Assembly (NCBI GenBank): GCA_043228905.1
Contig: JBHGNT010000021.1
Span: 12,152,001 to 12,216,000, forward strand
Direction: 5' to 3'
Length of the DNA: 64,000 nucleotides
Source of the DNA: Azolla caroliniana
Taxonomy: Eukaryota; Plantae; Polypodiophyta
The notes below the pieces were generated by a model. The model did not search any database. It had not been told where the DNA came from and was given only the letters and a program-made list of their open reading frames with translations. Shown here in pieces: positions 27,590-40,865 of the stretch. How positions within the stretch are numbered: the stretch's first letter is position 1; the number at the start of each line of letters is the position of its first letter. The translations under genes were made by a program, and so were the position numbers.

Positions 27590-29599
27590 CACACATAACT
27601 CACATCTCTTCCGCTTTAGAAGAATCCATCTCTTGATTCTTTACATTATGGAACACCAATAAAGAAAGGAAATTGACATTATTTAATGATTGTGTGTTCA
27701 TTGGATGGTTGTTAACCTTCATTCCATAGGGAGGTCTATCCAAATTCTAGAATGAGAAGTTGTGGAGTGCGATCTCTCATCTATTATGAACAAATTGTCT
27801 CATTGAATTTGTAACTTTCTAGGGTTTTCCACTTGGAGTTAAATAAATATGAAACCTCTCATTTTTTTTAGCAAATTGTGCTTCTTAAGCCTCTTGTTAT
27901 ATCTCCTCTTGGTAAGCTTGGAGGTTGCTTTAACCAAGATCATCTCACAAGGTAGGATCATTATCTTCCAATTGGTTAACAAGATGATAGGGAACATTGT
28001 TAATTATTCTTTGGCTTGTAACAATCTAGTTAGCCTCTAAATGAATTTCCTTGATCACTTCACAAACAATTAAATAATTAAGAAGTGTTTATTTAACTGC
28101 AAACACAAGTCTTTGTGTGATGCTCTTGCCTTTATGTCTGTGTGCATTGACATAGGATATTGCATTGAATCATATCATCACTCACAAGAATGGCTAAAAC
28201 ATCACGTAGGGAGAGTATGCCTCCAACATGACACATTGAACACGCCATTATGAAAACTATTCAAAATTTGAATCCAATTGTGCACGTACATCATCATGAT
28301 GAGAAATACAATACAAGGGAACTACTATCATGTAACAAACCTATGAAGAGAGCTCAAAAGATGATTGGAAAATTCATGACGTCAAAATGCTTGTGATGCA
28401 CATGTTATGATGTTTAGACACAATGAGGTGTGAAGCAAGCCATTGTTCTTGATGAGATGCTTTCCATGTTAAAAGATTTATTCTTATATTGTGATGTTCT
28501 AGATATGACGAATTAAGAAAAGTTATTGGATAGATATATCATAACAACTCCAACTTAGTGCAATACTAAAACATGCACAAAATGGAGCAACAATAAGGGG
28601 TTTTACATATATTCCTTACCAGCAAGGATTTATTAGGTTGAACCAAAGCTTTATGAATCAATCTTGATGTTCATGTGATGAAGACATTCACCAAGTTAGA
28701 GTTTGAAGCTTGCTTCTAAGGTTTTGAAAAAATTGTTTAGATCTTACCCTCACTATTACATCATCTCATGAAATTGTTTGGTTGTTGCTTCCATTCTGTG
28801 TTGGATATCCCTCATTCAACCATCCCACGCCTTACAGTAATCAGCAGTAATCAGAAATGGTTCAATTTGGTTTGAAATTGTATTGTTTTAACTGTTTATG
28901 TTTCGTTCAACTTGAAGCTACAACCTAAACAGCTTGTAGTGTCATTATTTGCGAGATAAATCAATATAAAATTGATTGCCTCAATGTTGATGATTTCCAA
29001 ATTTTGGTTATGAAAATTAATTACTTGGTTATGAATGGTTTGGTTTAAATGTTGTGCGTCTCTTAAATTGTTTGATTTACAAGGCTTTGACTCTAATTTC
29101 TTGGAGTCAAAATGCTAAACTAATCAGGCTGCATTAATAATCGATGTTGTGGTTGAAGATGTTTCAATGGGATCAATATATCAATCCTCGATGCACTAAT
29201 CGCACAGCTAATCATCTGTGCAACAGACTTCTAAAGTTTCTTCTATGATGTCTAACTCAAGAGATGGTACTCGGAAATCTGTTTCAACATACAGAAAATT
29301 TCAGGTTCAATAGAATGCATTACGCACCAATTTCACCTATATAGATACACAAATGCAAAAGTCAAGCAGCATTATTAGCCCCACCATCCATGAGGACTAG
29401 TTGACGACGAAGTAGCAACAGATGTTTGCTGAAGCATCACCAAATCCCATCTTAATGTTGGCTTTTGACTTCAAATTTGTTGTACAGGAAATTCAATCAG
29501 TTGAGTATGGTACCAAATCGATATTCTCCATTGAATAGTATAATCGTAACCCACAAAAAAAAAAGAGCCCCCAAGCTGCAACTGGACAATGTGGGTGAT

Positions 29600-32500
29600 C
29601 TAGATGCATAGCCGCCCCTGCCTGCCTTGCCTTTGCTCTCTAAAGAGCTGTAACAGTTTTATGGCCTGCAGATATTGCTAGAATATGCCACTTAGAAAAG
29701 TTAATGAAAGAATATTCACCTCATTATCAGCCAAATGAAGAAAAGCATCACCTTTTCCTTTGCCTTACGCGTTCCAGATCTTGCCAATGCAGCAAGGGGT
29801 GGAATCCCCCCTTCTTGCAGCACAGCTATTCGGAACTTGTCAGCATGCAAGCACATACATAAAAGAGCTGCTGTAGCATTCTCTTTGCTGCGTTTTGTCC
29901 CCGTCTCGACCACTTCGACCAAGCCTGCTATACCACCATGAACTTCACCAATGGACACCACTCCTTCTGGGATACGAGTGAGGTTGTGGATGACTGCAAC
30001 CGCTTTGTCTACCAATCCAGTAGCAGGATCACACATGAGTGCCACCAGTGACTCTACTGCATTGGACCTCACGATCTTCAGCATGTTGCCAGGCTCTGTC
30101 GAGAGACTTAATAAAGCTGTGACTGCGTCCCTCTTGCCTTGTAGTGAACCATTGATAAGAAGATTGATTAGCAATGGAATTGCCTCAGATTGACCTATCA
30201 TGATTTTCTTCTCATAATCCATAGCAGATAAGCTAGACAGTGTTGCAGCTGCGTTCTCTCTGGCCACAGAGGTGCCCACAGCAAGGACATGGACTAGAGA
30301 ATTGGTCGGATTAGTTGCAGAAATCTCAGGCTTGTTATTATCATTCAGCGACAAGTTCAGCAAGGCTGTGACTGCATTCTCTTGGATTTCAGGATCAGCT
30401 GAACGCAACAAAGAGACCAAATGTGGAATGGCTCCACATTTAGTGATCATAACTGTGTACTCCATGTTATTCTTGGTCAGGAGTCTTAGTTCTTTAACAG
30501 CAAAACTCTGCACGTCTGCTAAAGGTGATTGAAGATCCCTCACCAGAGCTTGCACCTGTAGTGGGAATGTGTTATCATCTCCTGCTAAATAGGGCCCAAC
30601 GCTCTCCATAGTTGAGGAATTACTACACGTGATCCCCTTACTAAAGACTGAGCCACAATAATCAACTGATTTACACTCCTTACTGTATGCTGCATGACTT
30701 GAAGATGCATGACATCCATTGCCAGAGAGATTACTTTGCAAACTCAATGCTCCAAAGCTATCATCAAGGCTTGCTCCATTGAGTGCATCTATGGTATGCA
30801 TGCTTGAACTCCCCACAGCACCCGACATGCTAAAATCTCCATCTTCCCTAGTACGCGAATCTTCATCCTGTGTGATCTGAGATTCAGTGGAATTTCCATC
30901 ACTTGAGCTTAATGCATCCAGGGATATCTTGAGTTCACTTATTTCACAGTTAATGATACCACTGGTTAGCTTTTCCAGGTTAGGAAACACATCATTTGAT
31001 TTGGACCAGCTTGTAATCAAATGTTTTACATTGTTGTTGGGAATAAGGTTCATATGAACCAACTGCTGCCTGCTTTTTGGACAGCTAGTATTCCCTTCGT
31101 CAAACCACTGCTGTATGTATACTCTTTCATAAGTTACCCCAGATGTGACAATTACTGGGTCTGTCATCAGTTCCAGAGAGAGAGGACATCGAAAGCCAAC
31201 AGGAATGGCAATTCCATGCTCGCACTCTAATAACTGCTTCTGTTCTGCCAAATCATCTGCCATCTGTGTCACCAGAATAATCAACAGGTCTATAAGTTCT
31301 TCTTCCACTTCCGCTGTGTCCAAGTGAGCTTTATTCTTTTCCTTCTCAAGCAAAGATGCTTCTCTCAGAATCTCTTGATTGGACTTCAGGTCGAGTTTTC
31401 TTGCGATGTCTGCAAGCATACAGTGGTTCAGCTTTACCCCTTTCTTTATCTCCATCAAAACATTTTGAATCTGTTCATGGAGGTCTTCTTCTAAAGAATC
31501 CACAAAAAATTTAGGAGTCTCAAGTTGATTCCAAGATTGCTCAACCTAGAAGCCACATAGAGGAGGTGCAGAATTAAACCGTGTTTGTATAAATCAGGGC
31601 ACAAAGGCTTAAAATGCTGACTCAGAACATTTATCTCGGTTAAGAAATGCATGCTTATGTACTTGCTCTTGTGCATGGTCTGATCCATGCAGTGTCCTCA
31701 GGGGAAATACTCTTAGGCTGGACAGTAAATCCATCGATAGGTCTGCAAATGCCTTCAGAATCCTTTGTTTCAGCAGCACCTGAGAACATCGGCACAAGGC
31801 TAAATTAAATGATGATAAAGTACATGAAAAGACGATCATATGCATAGTCAAAGATAGCATTGAAACCAACTCCAGTTTCAGTCACCCTAAGGTGTTCATT
31901 TTTTATGAGATTATTTAATGGTAATTTGTTTTCATGGGAGTGTTGGCAAAGTTCATTGAGGCTGCAAGAAATAATTGGATGGCAAAGCAGGATGCATGTG
32001 CTAAGGCATTACTAAATCATTGGTGAGTACATTGGTGGTCCAAAGAACAGATGTTCTACCTCTGGATATTGTTTCTGCCTAGGATTTGAGATATTTTCTC
32101 AGACAAGCAAGAGCAACCTGAGTATCTTGTGATTCTCCATAGATGTGACATACAAGGTATCGATCTATATGTTCTGTGTGAGGTAATGTTATGGATAAGA
32201 AAATCCGAATGCCAGTTGAAGGGGAGCCCAACCCGGATAGCATGCAACAACCAAATGTTGCATTGCTCCCATAAAGAATGCTGTGTTCCATGGGCAGATC
32301 TCATATACATTACCATTTTATACAACAGCTGATTGTAGACAAGATGGTGAAGTTGGAGCATTGCCATTGGTGGAGAATTGTATGGGCCATTTTACTGAAG
32401 CCCTAGGTCCAAAGAAAATAAAGAAGCTAGAGCAGAGCAACCATGTGGGAGAGTACAAGAGCATCATCCCATACCAAATCGAATCACACGAACAGATAAA

Positions 32501-33091
32501 TGTTAACTTGACTGTCACACAACCTGCCCACGACCAACAAGTAAATGTGGCTCCATAATCCTAGCGAATGTTTTCCAATAGCCATGGATGCTATCTTCCA
32601 GATTCAATGGAGGAATGCTTAAGACTTTCTTTTTCCTCAAAAATAAAGTGAAGTTATTGTCACGTTATTTTGTCAATCCCTTTGTCTCCTTTCATGCAGA
32701 TGAAAGACTCAAATATTAGAGCCATGGCATTGATGCAGAGGAATCATACATATTATTAAGAAGAAAGGAAAATCAAACGCTTATGAAAAAAAAGTGGCTA
32801 GAGTCTTCTATGAATTACCGGCAAGGATTTGCTCATCTTTCCTGCACATTTCTCTAGAAGTTCTTTCATCTTCAAGCACAAAACCACTATTGTGTCGAGA
32901 GTGGACATCTGATCATCATTTAGAGGCCCACTAGTTTCGCGAAGCTCTTCAAACAGGGGTCTCACTAGCCGTATACACTTGACCCAATATTGAACATGAG
33001 TTTTATAGTATATTGCATTCTCAGAAATCATAGTTATCTCCTGAAAGAGATGGCATATCTTCTGCATGATTGGAGCATTGTCCACGTCCAT
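29600..33091 (-). CDS. Plant U-box/ARM-repeat E3 ubiquitin ligase (PUB4-like UND-Ubox-ARM). Exons 33091-32819, 31779-31663, 31545-29752, 29665-29600
   Basis: U-box IPVGFRCPLSLELMTDPVIVTSGVTYER...CPKSRQ; ARM repeats QENAVTALLNLS, RENAAATL, KENATAAL. GT-AG phase-0 introns; 749 aa. Confidence 0.9.
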
Positions 33092-34712
33092 GATCCTTCA
33101 GAGATTGACAAGAAAATTAATGTCGGCTGCAGAAGAATAGGAACAATTAGTAGGCTAAACTAGATGTTACGAAATGGTCAAAATAAAAAGCATAGGAATC
33201 AAAAGAACTGAAAATCTGTAAAATCAAGGAGATATCAAAGGGCAAGAGGGCTGGTTTTACAGCTGATTCGAAGAGTCGGACAGAGAATGAAAGCATTGAA
33301 AGGAAATTAGTATAAAAGCAAGTCTTACATTGACGCTCCTCCTCCTCTTCCTCCGCCTCCTTCTTCTTCTTCTTCTTCTTCTTCGAGGGTCTTTCCAGTG
33401 TCTAATGCAGAAACTCTGTGTGTGTGTGGTCTCTGAATATATGTATCCAGCTACGCTGCAGAGAAAGGAAGGAAGGAATGAAATGGAATAATCGACTAAG
33501 TCATGACAGTGTATGTTTGTATGCTAATGTATGTATGTATGGACATTTAGAATACATATAAAGCATATGTATTCTACATGTATTGTATGCTAAGTATGTA
33601 ATCAATAACTATGTTATGTATGTACATATACATAGGTTTTGTTTCTGGATTCGTATGTATATGCATATATTACATACATGGTTTGGTTGAAGTTGGGGCT
33701 CCTCAAAAGGTAAAATATCATTGATATTTTCAGAGCATCTCAATCCAAGCATTCCTCACTTTCTAATCAGAAACCCTTTGATACTGTGGAATTCGAGCAA
33801 CATGTAGCCCATACTCACAAGCATGTTGAATCTTATAAGTATCATTGTACTACTCTCAACTTGATCATTGACACTCTGCACCATATGGGACGTAGGTGCA
33901 CAGATAAGGGACCCATCAACTATGCATAGGCTTTTGTTACAAGCATAACCTTAACCATAGTTCTTTAACCTTAGGGGTTTGGTTTGGGCTAATTCATATG
34001 GAACAAAGAGCTTTGAAGGATTGGCTTATCTCAATCCTATGGTGTGAGATAACTTCAGAGGGTTTCATCACTTAACCACTTATAAAAAAATGCAACCAAG
34101 TGTGAAATGGACAAGGAAGGGTCTAGGGTTTGATCCTAAATAAGAAAGTTGGCTACTTTCATGAAGGGGATGATGATCTTTATTATTAATCAAACTTACA
34201 AAGTGTTAGGAAAATATCCCTCCTATGGGAGGAGCCGATTGGTCGGGCCGAGAGCCGACAATCGAAGACATGGAGAGTCGACAATGGGAGAGTCCAAGTC
34301 GAAGACACGACCCACTAGTCGGGCCGACCGGATGGTCAAAGATAAGGCTGACTAGTTGGGCCAACTAGACAGTTGACACTAGAGTCCATTAGTCGAATCC
34401 CGCCGACTAATTAACTAGTATTATTATAATAGGAATAACAGTGGCAGTGGCTACATTTGTAAATAGCTCATACAGTGTATAAGTATAAATACACTTAGGG
34501 CAAACATGTTGGTGTGGGAGAATAGAACATAATAGTCCTAGCCTCTGTTGCATAGCGCGATAGAGCACCGAGAGTGAGAAAGAGAGTGGCGCCATAACTA
34601 AGAGAGCTTGGATGCCAAGGGCCCTGCGTGGCTGATACACTCGATCCCAGAGTGTTGTATTATGTGATCTCACCTTGTACCTCTCCATGTATGGTAGAAT
34701 CTCTATTCTCGT

Positions 34713-37700
34713 TGTCGTGAAGGATTTGCTTCACAATATAAAAATAAACTTACATATTGTATTCAATAATATTTGAAAGACTTGAACCCATAACCTCACA
34801 CACTATGTAGGAAGCACATACCATTAGGCTAGATCATTTGTTTTTAGAACTATATTTTCATGTTTGTACTTATGCCATGTATATTTTCATACATGAAAGC
34901 TCAAATGAGCGAGATGTCTATCATGCATCACATGGATTTCATGCACTACATGCATGTCTTGTACCCTCACATGCATCATAGGCATGGGGGCACCTATTTA
35001 AAGAGTGAAAGGGAAAAGAGGGAGGGATCAAGGGGAAATCAGAAAATAAAAAGAAGAAGAAGAAGAAGATCGCTCCTTTGGCAAGCATCTTATGTTTAGA
35101 CCTGGAAGTCGAGGGTTCAAGTCCGAATTTGGTAGAGACAAGTCTTGCGATCAAACATTGTAAAGTTGATAAGATCTTGTATGATTAATAGACATCATGT
35201 TCATATCATATACTCTTGCTTCTTGAATCATACTTTGTCTCTATTTTGCTTCTTGAATCATACATTTTCTCTATCTTTTATCCCTGCTCGTCTCTCTCTC
35301 TCACATTACTTTAAACTCTTATTCTTGTTATTCTTAATCTTCCTAACATTTTTGCGCAAGCCTTATAAAAGTTTCTTCAACTCCCCTTAACCTTAGTTCC
35401 TGCGACTTCCCCGCACGAACCACAACTACCCTGACATAATTTGGTGAACCCTATGTGAAGGCGGAGACAAGGAGAAATGGAGGAGCAAATGAGGCTTATG
35501 TGTACGATGATGGATGAATGATGCGAGAGCAAGGGATGATGGCAAGCATCGACAAAGTCATCGACAATATTCTTGCACGAGTAGGAATCTTCGAAGGTAT
35601 AAATTTAACAAGATTTCTGAAGATTTACAATGAAGAAATGCTTAAACGTGGTGTCGACGAAGCTGCCAAAATTAATAGCTTTAGTCGAGTCGCTGCGATT
35701 GGGCTTCAACAAAGGATCCAGGAACTACAGAGGGAGCATCAGACATGGGAATTTTTCAAAAGAGCATTACTGAATGAATACAACCTCAATGATATGTCAA
35801 GGATGATAATGCGAGCTTTCATGGATTAGGTAGAGTTTGATAAATATTTAAGTGTTTTGGAAGTATTAAAAGAGTTTTCTAAAAAATTTGAGCAATTAAA
35901 TGTTAGAGATAGAAAGATAATAGCGCTAGATAAAGTAATATTGCTTCTACAAGCTACTAATATTAAAGTTAGGAAGAGTTTGGGAATGCTTTTGGAAGAT
36001 CAGAATAGTCTGAGTGGACTTACCAAAGATTGGGTGGAGGTGAAAAGGGCTTGCGTCCATTTCTGTAAAAGAAAGTTATGGTTTATGGAGTTGCCGGATA
36101 GAAATGAAGAAGAAACGAGGAACAAGCTAGGAGAAAAGAAAGTAGAACAATCTCTCTTGCACGAATTGATGAAAGGAATGAAAGACTTGTTGATCAAAGT
36201 GACGAAGCTGGAATGGTCCAAAGGTGTATGTAGTGTGACAATATCGGCCACTAGAAGAAAGATTGCCAAGAACATAGGGATGCTCTTAATCATGATAAAA
36301 TCTACTATCAAGATGGCAAGATTCACTCGATAGAGACTCGACAACCACTTCAACTCAACTTTGGGTGAGGTGGAATGAAAAAGCTAATGGAAAATGTCGA
36401 GAGAGAAACAACTCAAGCGATACAATATGTGGCAACCTTAGGGTTGCACGTAGAAGACTCATATGGTGGATCTGGCTTTTGGCAAGATGTGATGGAGTAT
36501 GCAAGAAAAGGGAAGGTTCGAGTGAATGAATTAAAAAGAGCGGGAGATGAAATATGGAACTTCACTGGATGGGATGATCCAGTAGACGCACTATCAACAT
36601 ACGCCCAAGTGAATGCACAAGAGGTACTAGTAGAAGAGAAGCGAAAGAGAGCTAAGGAGGCTGATCTAGCAAAGAAACATGAGACACGAGAACAAAAGAA
36701 AAGAGAAATGGAAAAGGGTGCTCCTGAGTTGAAAGAAGCTAATAAAGTCAAAGGGAAGACATGCCCATCTTTCAAGCTTGCTTGAGACATAGAAACAACG
36801 ACAAATATAAAAAAGGTACTAGAAACAAGAATATTAAATAGTAAGGTAGAATTTACTTTAAGGGAAGTGTTGGGTATAACAAAGAACAAATTTCATGAAT
36901 TTATTATAGATATTATTAGAGGAAAGAGACAGGTGACGGAGGAAGTTATGGGAGGGTGTGCAACAACACTCCGAGATTTGTATGGTGGCACCATTAACGT
37001 TGCAAGTTTAAAAAACAGAAATGATGTTTGGGTTCATGAAGAGGATATGAGTCACTATACAAGGGACCATTGGGCTCGAGCAACAACGGAGGCACTTGCA
37101 AAAATTGGGGAGCAACAAGCCCATGTATTGCTTTGATCGATCATGGATCCGAGATTAACATGATGTCGTCGGAATTTTACGCTCGAGGACAGTGGTCGAT
37201 CGACAAGAATCATGAAGTGCAAAGAAAGGAGATAATGAGAGTCAGAGTTGCATGACAAAGAATGGGCTGGTCATCGAGGAGTGTGGGCCACTTTTAGCAA
37301 GATTAAAGAACGGTTTTGGTGGCCTCGATACTATGAGGAAATAAAAAAGTATGTGGAAACTTGTCCCACTTGTCAATATTATTCAAATATAAAATTTTGT
37401 GATGGGTTACACCCAACATACTCACGAGGGGTGCATTACAAGTGGATGATAGATTTGGTTACAATGCCACTTGGAGTAGGACAAAAGAGATACTTGGTTA
37501 TTGCAAGAGAAGATCTAACAAATCCAGTGGAAGGATGTGCACTACGAACAAAAGGGACATTAGGAGTATGCCACTTCATCTTGGAGGACATTGTTTGTAG
37601 ATATGGATGTATCAGGAAGATAGTGGCAGATATGGGAGAGCTCAATTTTGCGAAAGCTCAATTTTTTTTGACAAAGTAGGAATTCGGCTTTCTTTGACAA

Positions 37701-38880
37701 CGGCGTACAAATTTGATAGAAGAAATAGAAAAAGCAGCTACTAGATTGAAAGAGGCAAGAATCAAGAATAAGGACAGATTTGACAAGATGAAAAGAATAC
37801 GACCAAGAAAGGTGCAAGAGGGAGATTGGGTATTAGTATATGATAGTACCCTAGATAATCAATACAGTACTATTCAAAAGTTCGCAAAAAGATGGTTTGG
37901 ACCTTATGAAGTTAGGAAAATAACAGATAAGGCCACATATTTCCTCAATGAATTAGATGGGACAGAAATTCGTACCCCAATTGCAGGAAAAATGATTAAA
38001 ATATTTAAAAGGAGGGAGTCACTAGAGCCCAAATTTTATGAAGAAGGAGAAGAACTAAAAGAGTCGGAAGAAGTGTTGGATGAACTCTGCATAACCAATG
38101 TGCAAGTTCAGAGGGGGCGAGTGTCGTGAAGGATTTGCTTCACAATATAAAAATAAACGTCCATATCGTATTCAGTAATATTTGAAAGACTTGAACCCAT
38201 AACCTCACACACCAAGTAAGAAGCACATACCATTAGGCTAGGTCATTTATTTTTAGGATTATATTTTTATGTTTGTACTTATGCCATGTATATTTTCATA
38301 CATGAAAGCTCAAATGAGAGAGATGGCTATCATGCATCACATGTAATGCATGAACTTCAAGTGGCGATCATGCATCACATGCATTTCATTCACTACATGC
38401 ATGTCTTGTACCCTCACATGCATCATAGGCATTGGGGCACCTATTTAAAGAGTTAAAGGGAAAAGAGGGAGGGATCAAGAGGAAATCAGAAAATAAAAAG
38501 AAGAAGAAGAAATTAATTCCTTTGGCACGCATCTTATGTTTAGAAGTGGAAGTCGAGGGTTCAAGTTAGAATTTGGTAGAGAACGGTCTTGCGATCAAAC
38601 ATTGTAAAGTTGGTAAAATCTTGTATTATTAATAGACATCATGTTCATATCATATACTCTTGCTTCTTGAATCATACTTTGTCTCTATTTTGCTTCTTGA
38701 ATCATACATTGTCTCTATCTTTTATCCATGCTCGTCTCTCTCTCACACATTACTTTAAACTCTTATTCTTGTTATTCTTAATCTTCCTAACATTTCTACG
38801 CAAGACTTACAAAAGTTTCTTCAACTCCCCTTAACCTTAGTTCCTGCGACTTCGCCGCACGAACCACAATTGCCCCGACA
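34713..38880 (+). mobile_element. Internally deleted Gypsy G3 (LTRs 34713-35436 and 38122-38880): gag, truncated PR, partial INT, no RT/RH
   Basis: Flanks TCGT/CCGT; decayed Trp PBS TGGTGAACCCTATGTGAA at 35442; PPT GAGGGGGCGAG. LIDHGSEIN is joined to the INT HHCC region at about 37215. Confidence 0.88.
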
Positions 38881-40865
38881 CCGTGGTTTTCCTCGTTAAG
38901 GTTTTCCACGTAAATCACTTTGTACTATGCATTTGTTGTTTCCGCATGTATTGTGTATTTTCGAGTTAATCTTTCTCACATATTAGAGGTTCCAAACTCA
39001 ACAAACTGGTATCAGAGCTTGAGGTGCAAGCATGGAAGGTGTTGTGAGCGGCTTTCCAGGTATGATAGTTCTAAACTCTTAGAACTATGCAAATTGGAAG
39101 ATTAAGATGGAGAACCTTATCATAGTCAAAGATATGTACAAGCCGATCGACAGAGCAGAAATACCCACGGGGGTATTAGAGTCAGAATGGAAACTTCTTA
39201 ACAGAAAGGCGGTGGCCACCATCCAACAATGTGTCAATGTAAGTGTCCTTCAACATGTGGTGAATGACACAAATGCCCATGAGATGTGGCAGAAGCTATC
39301 AGTTCTATACGAGAGGAAGAACGCCCTCAATAAAACCTCATTGATGAGAAAGATTGTACGGCTGAATTACAAAGACGGTGAGAGCATCGTCGAACACATT
39401 AGCACATTCATGGGGTACGTAAATCAACTTGTTGCAACCAAGTTTCCCCTTGAGGATGCAATGCAGGCCATCCTAATGTTGTGTACTTTGCTGGACAGCT
39501 GGGAGAACCTGGTGGTGTCACGAAGAGAACTTGTCTCTACAAGCGTTAAAGACAAGCATCTTGAACAAGGAGACCAGAAGGAAGGACAAGGGTGTCCTAG
39601 CCTAGTCAGAGTCAAACTTCACTCAACACACCAGTAGAGGAAGAAACCTGCAAAGGAGTCCACCAAGGAAAGAAAAGTCCAATGCCAAATCCAAGTCCCG
39701 AGGTAAGCTAACATGCATCTATTGTGGAAAACCTGGACACTTTCAGAGGGATTGCTGACACCTCAAGAAGGACAAGAGTGTTGGCAATAATGTCGAAACC
39801 AAGAATATTCCTGATGAAAAGGGCACATCGGCCGTAGCTACGAGTGCAGAGGAGATCTTGTTCATTTGTGAGCAGGCAAGCACAAATCTTGCAAGTGAAG
39901 AGTGCACCTGGGTAATCGACTCAAGTGCATCATTCCACATAACTCCGTCGAGAGAGTGTTTTCGACTTACATAGCCAGTGATCATGGTTATGTAAAGATG
40001 GGAGATCATGGAGAGTGCAAGATAGCCAGCATTGGAAGCGTGTGCCTGACGACGTCGATTGATGTTGAGGGAAGTTTGACATGTCCCTGATATCAAATTG
40101 AATCTGATATCGACTAGAAGATTGGACGATGAAGGCTACAATGGTAGCATCCGAAACGACAAGTGGAAGTTCTGCCGTGGAAACCTCATAGTGGCCCGAG
40201 CACAAAAAGAGGGCACATTCTATACCTTGCATGGCCGACTGTGCAAGTCGGAAGTGAATGTGGCAACCGACTCGAGTGGAGAGTTATGGCATAAGAGGCT
40301 TGTCCACATTAGTGAAAAAGGAATGTACATCTTGGCCGACCAAGAACTTCTCCTAGAAGTGAAAGGAGTACACTTGGAGAAGTGTGTCGACTGCTTAGTG
40401 GGAAAGCAAAACTTAGCGGCATTCTACACAAGACCACCAAGAAGAAGAGAAGTTGCACTGGAACTAGTGCACACGGATGTGTGATATGGAAATGCTCCAT
40501 CGCATCAAGGTGGAAGTACTTCGTGACGTTCATTGACGACTATAGTCGGAAGACATGGGACTTCGTATTGAAGTTGCAGGATCAAGAAGTGCTGTCAATG
40601 TTCAAGGAGTTCTAGGTAAGAACCGAGCGAGAGTCAGTTCAGAAGTTGAAGGTTGTCCGAGCCGACAATGGTGGCAAATATAAAGGGCAATTTGAGGAAT
40701 AATGCAAGGCCCAGGGTATTCGAATTGAATACACTGTACCAAAGACCCCTAAGTTGAACGGGCTTGTAGAGAGGATGAATTAAACAATCATGGAGAGAGT
40801 AAGGAGCATGCTCTCTCATGCTAAATTGCCGAAATCGTACTGGGCTGAGACAATGTACACAATGG

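Larger units (their letters stand above)
11738..27645 (+). mobile_element. Full-length degenerate Copia element B (LTRs 11738-12113 and 27264-27645) hosting two Gypsy insertions
   Basis: 5-bp TSD TTATG at 11733-11737 and 27646-27650. PBS TGGTATCATAGC at 12114; PPT GAGGGGGCA before 27264. Order is gag (CVYCRKLGHHEEEC), PR (WFVDSGAS), INT (PQQNGVAERKNR), RT (QMDVKNAFLQG, YVDD), RNaseH (YTDADWA), i.e. Copia order. Confidence 0.95.
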
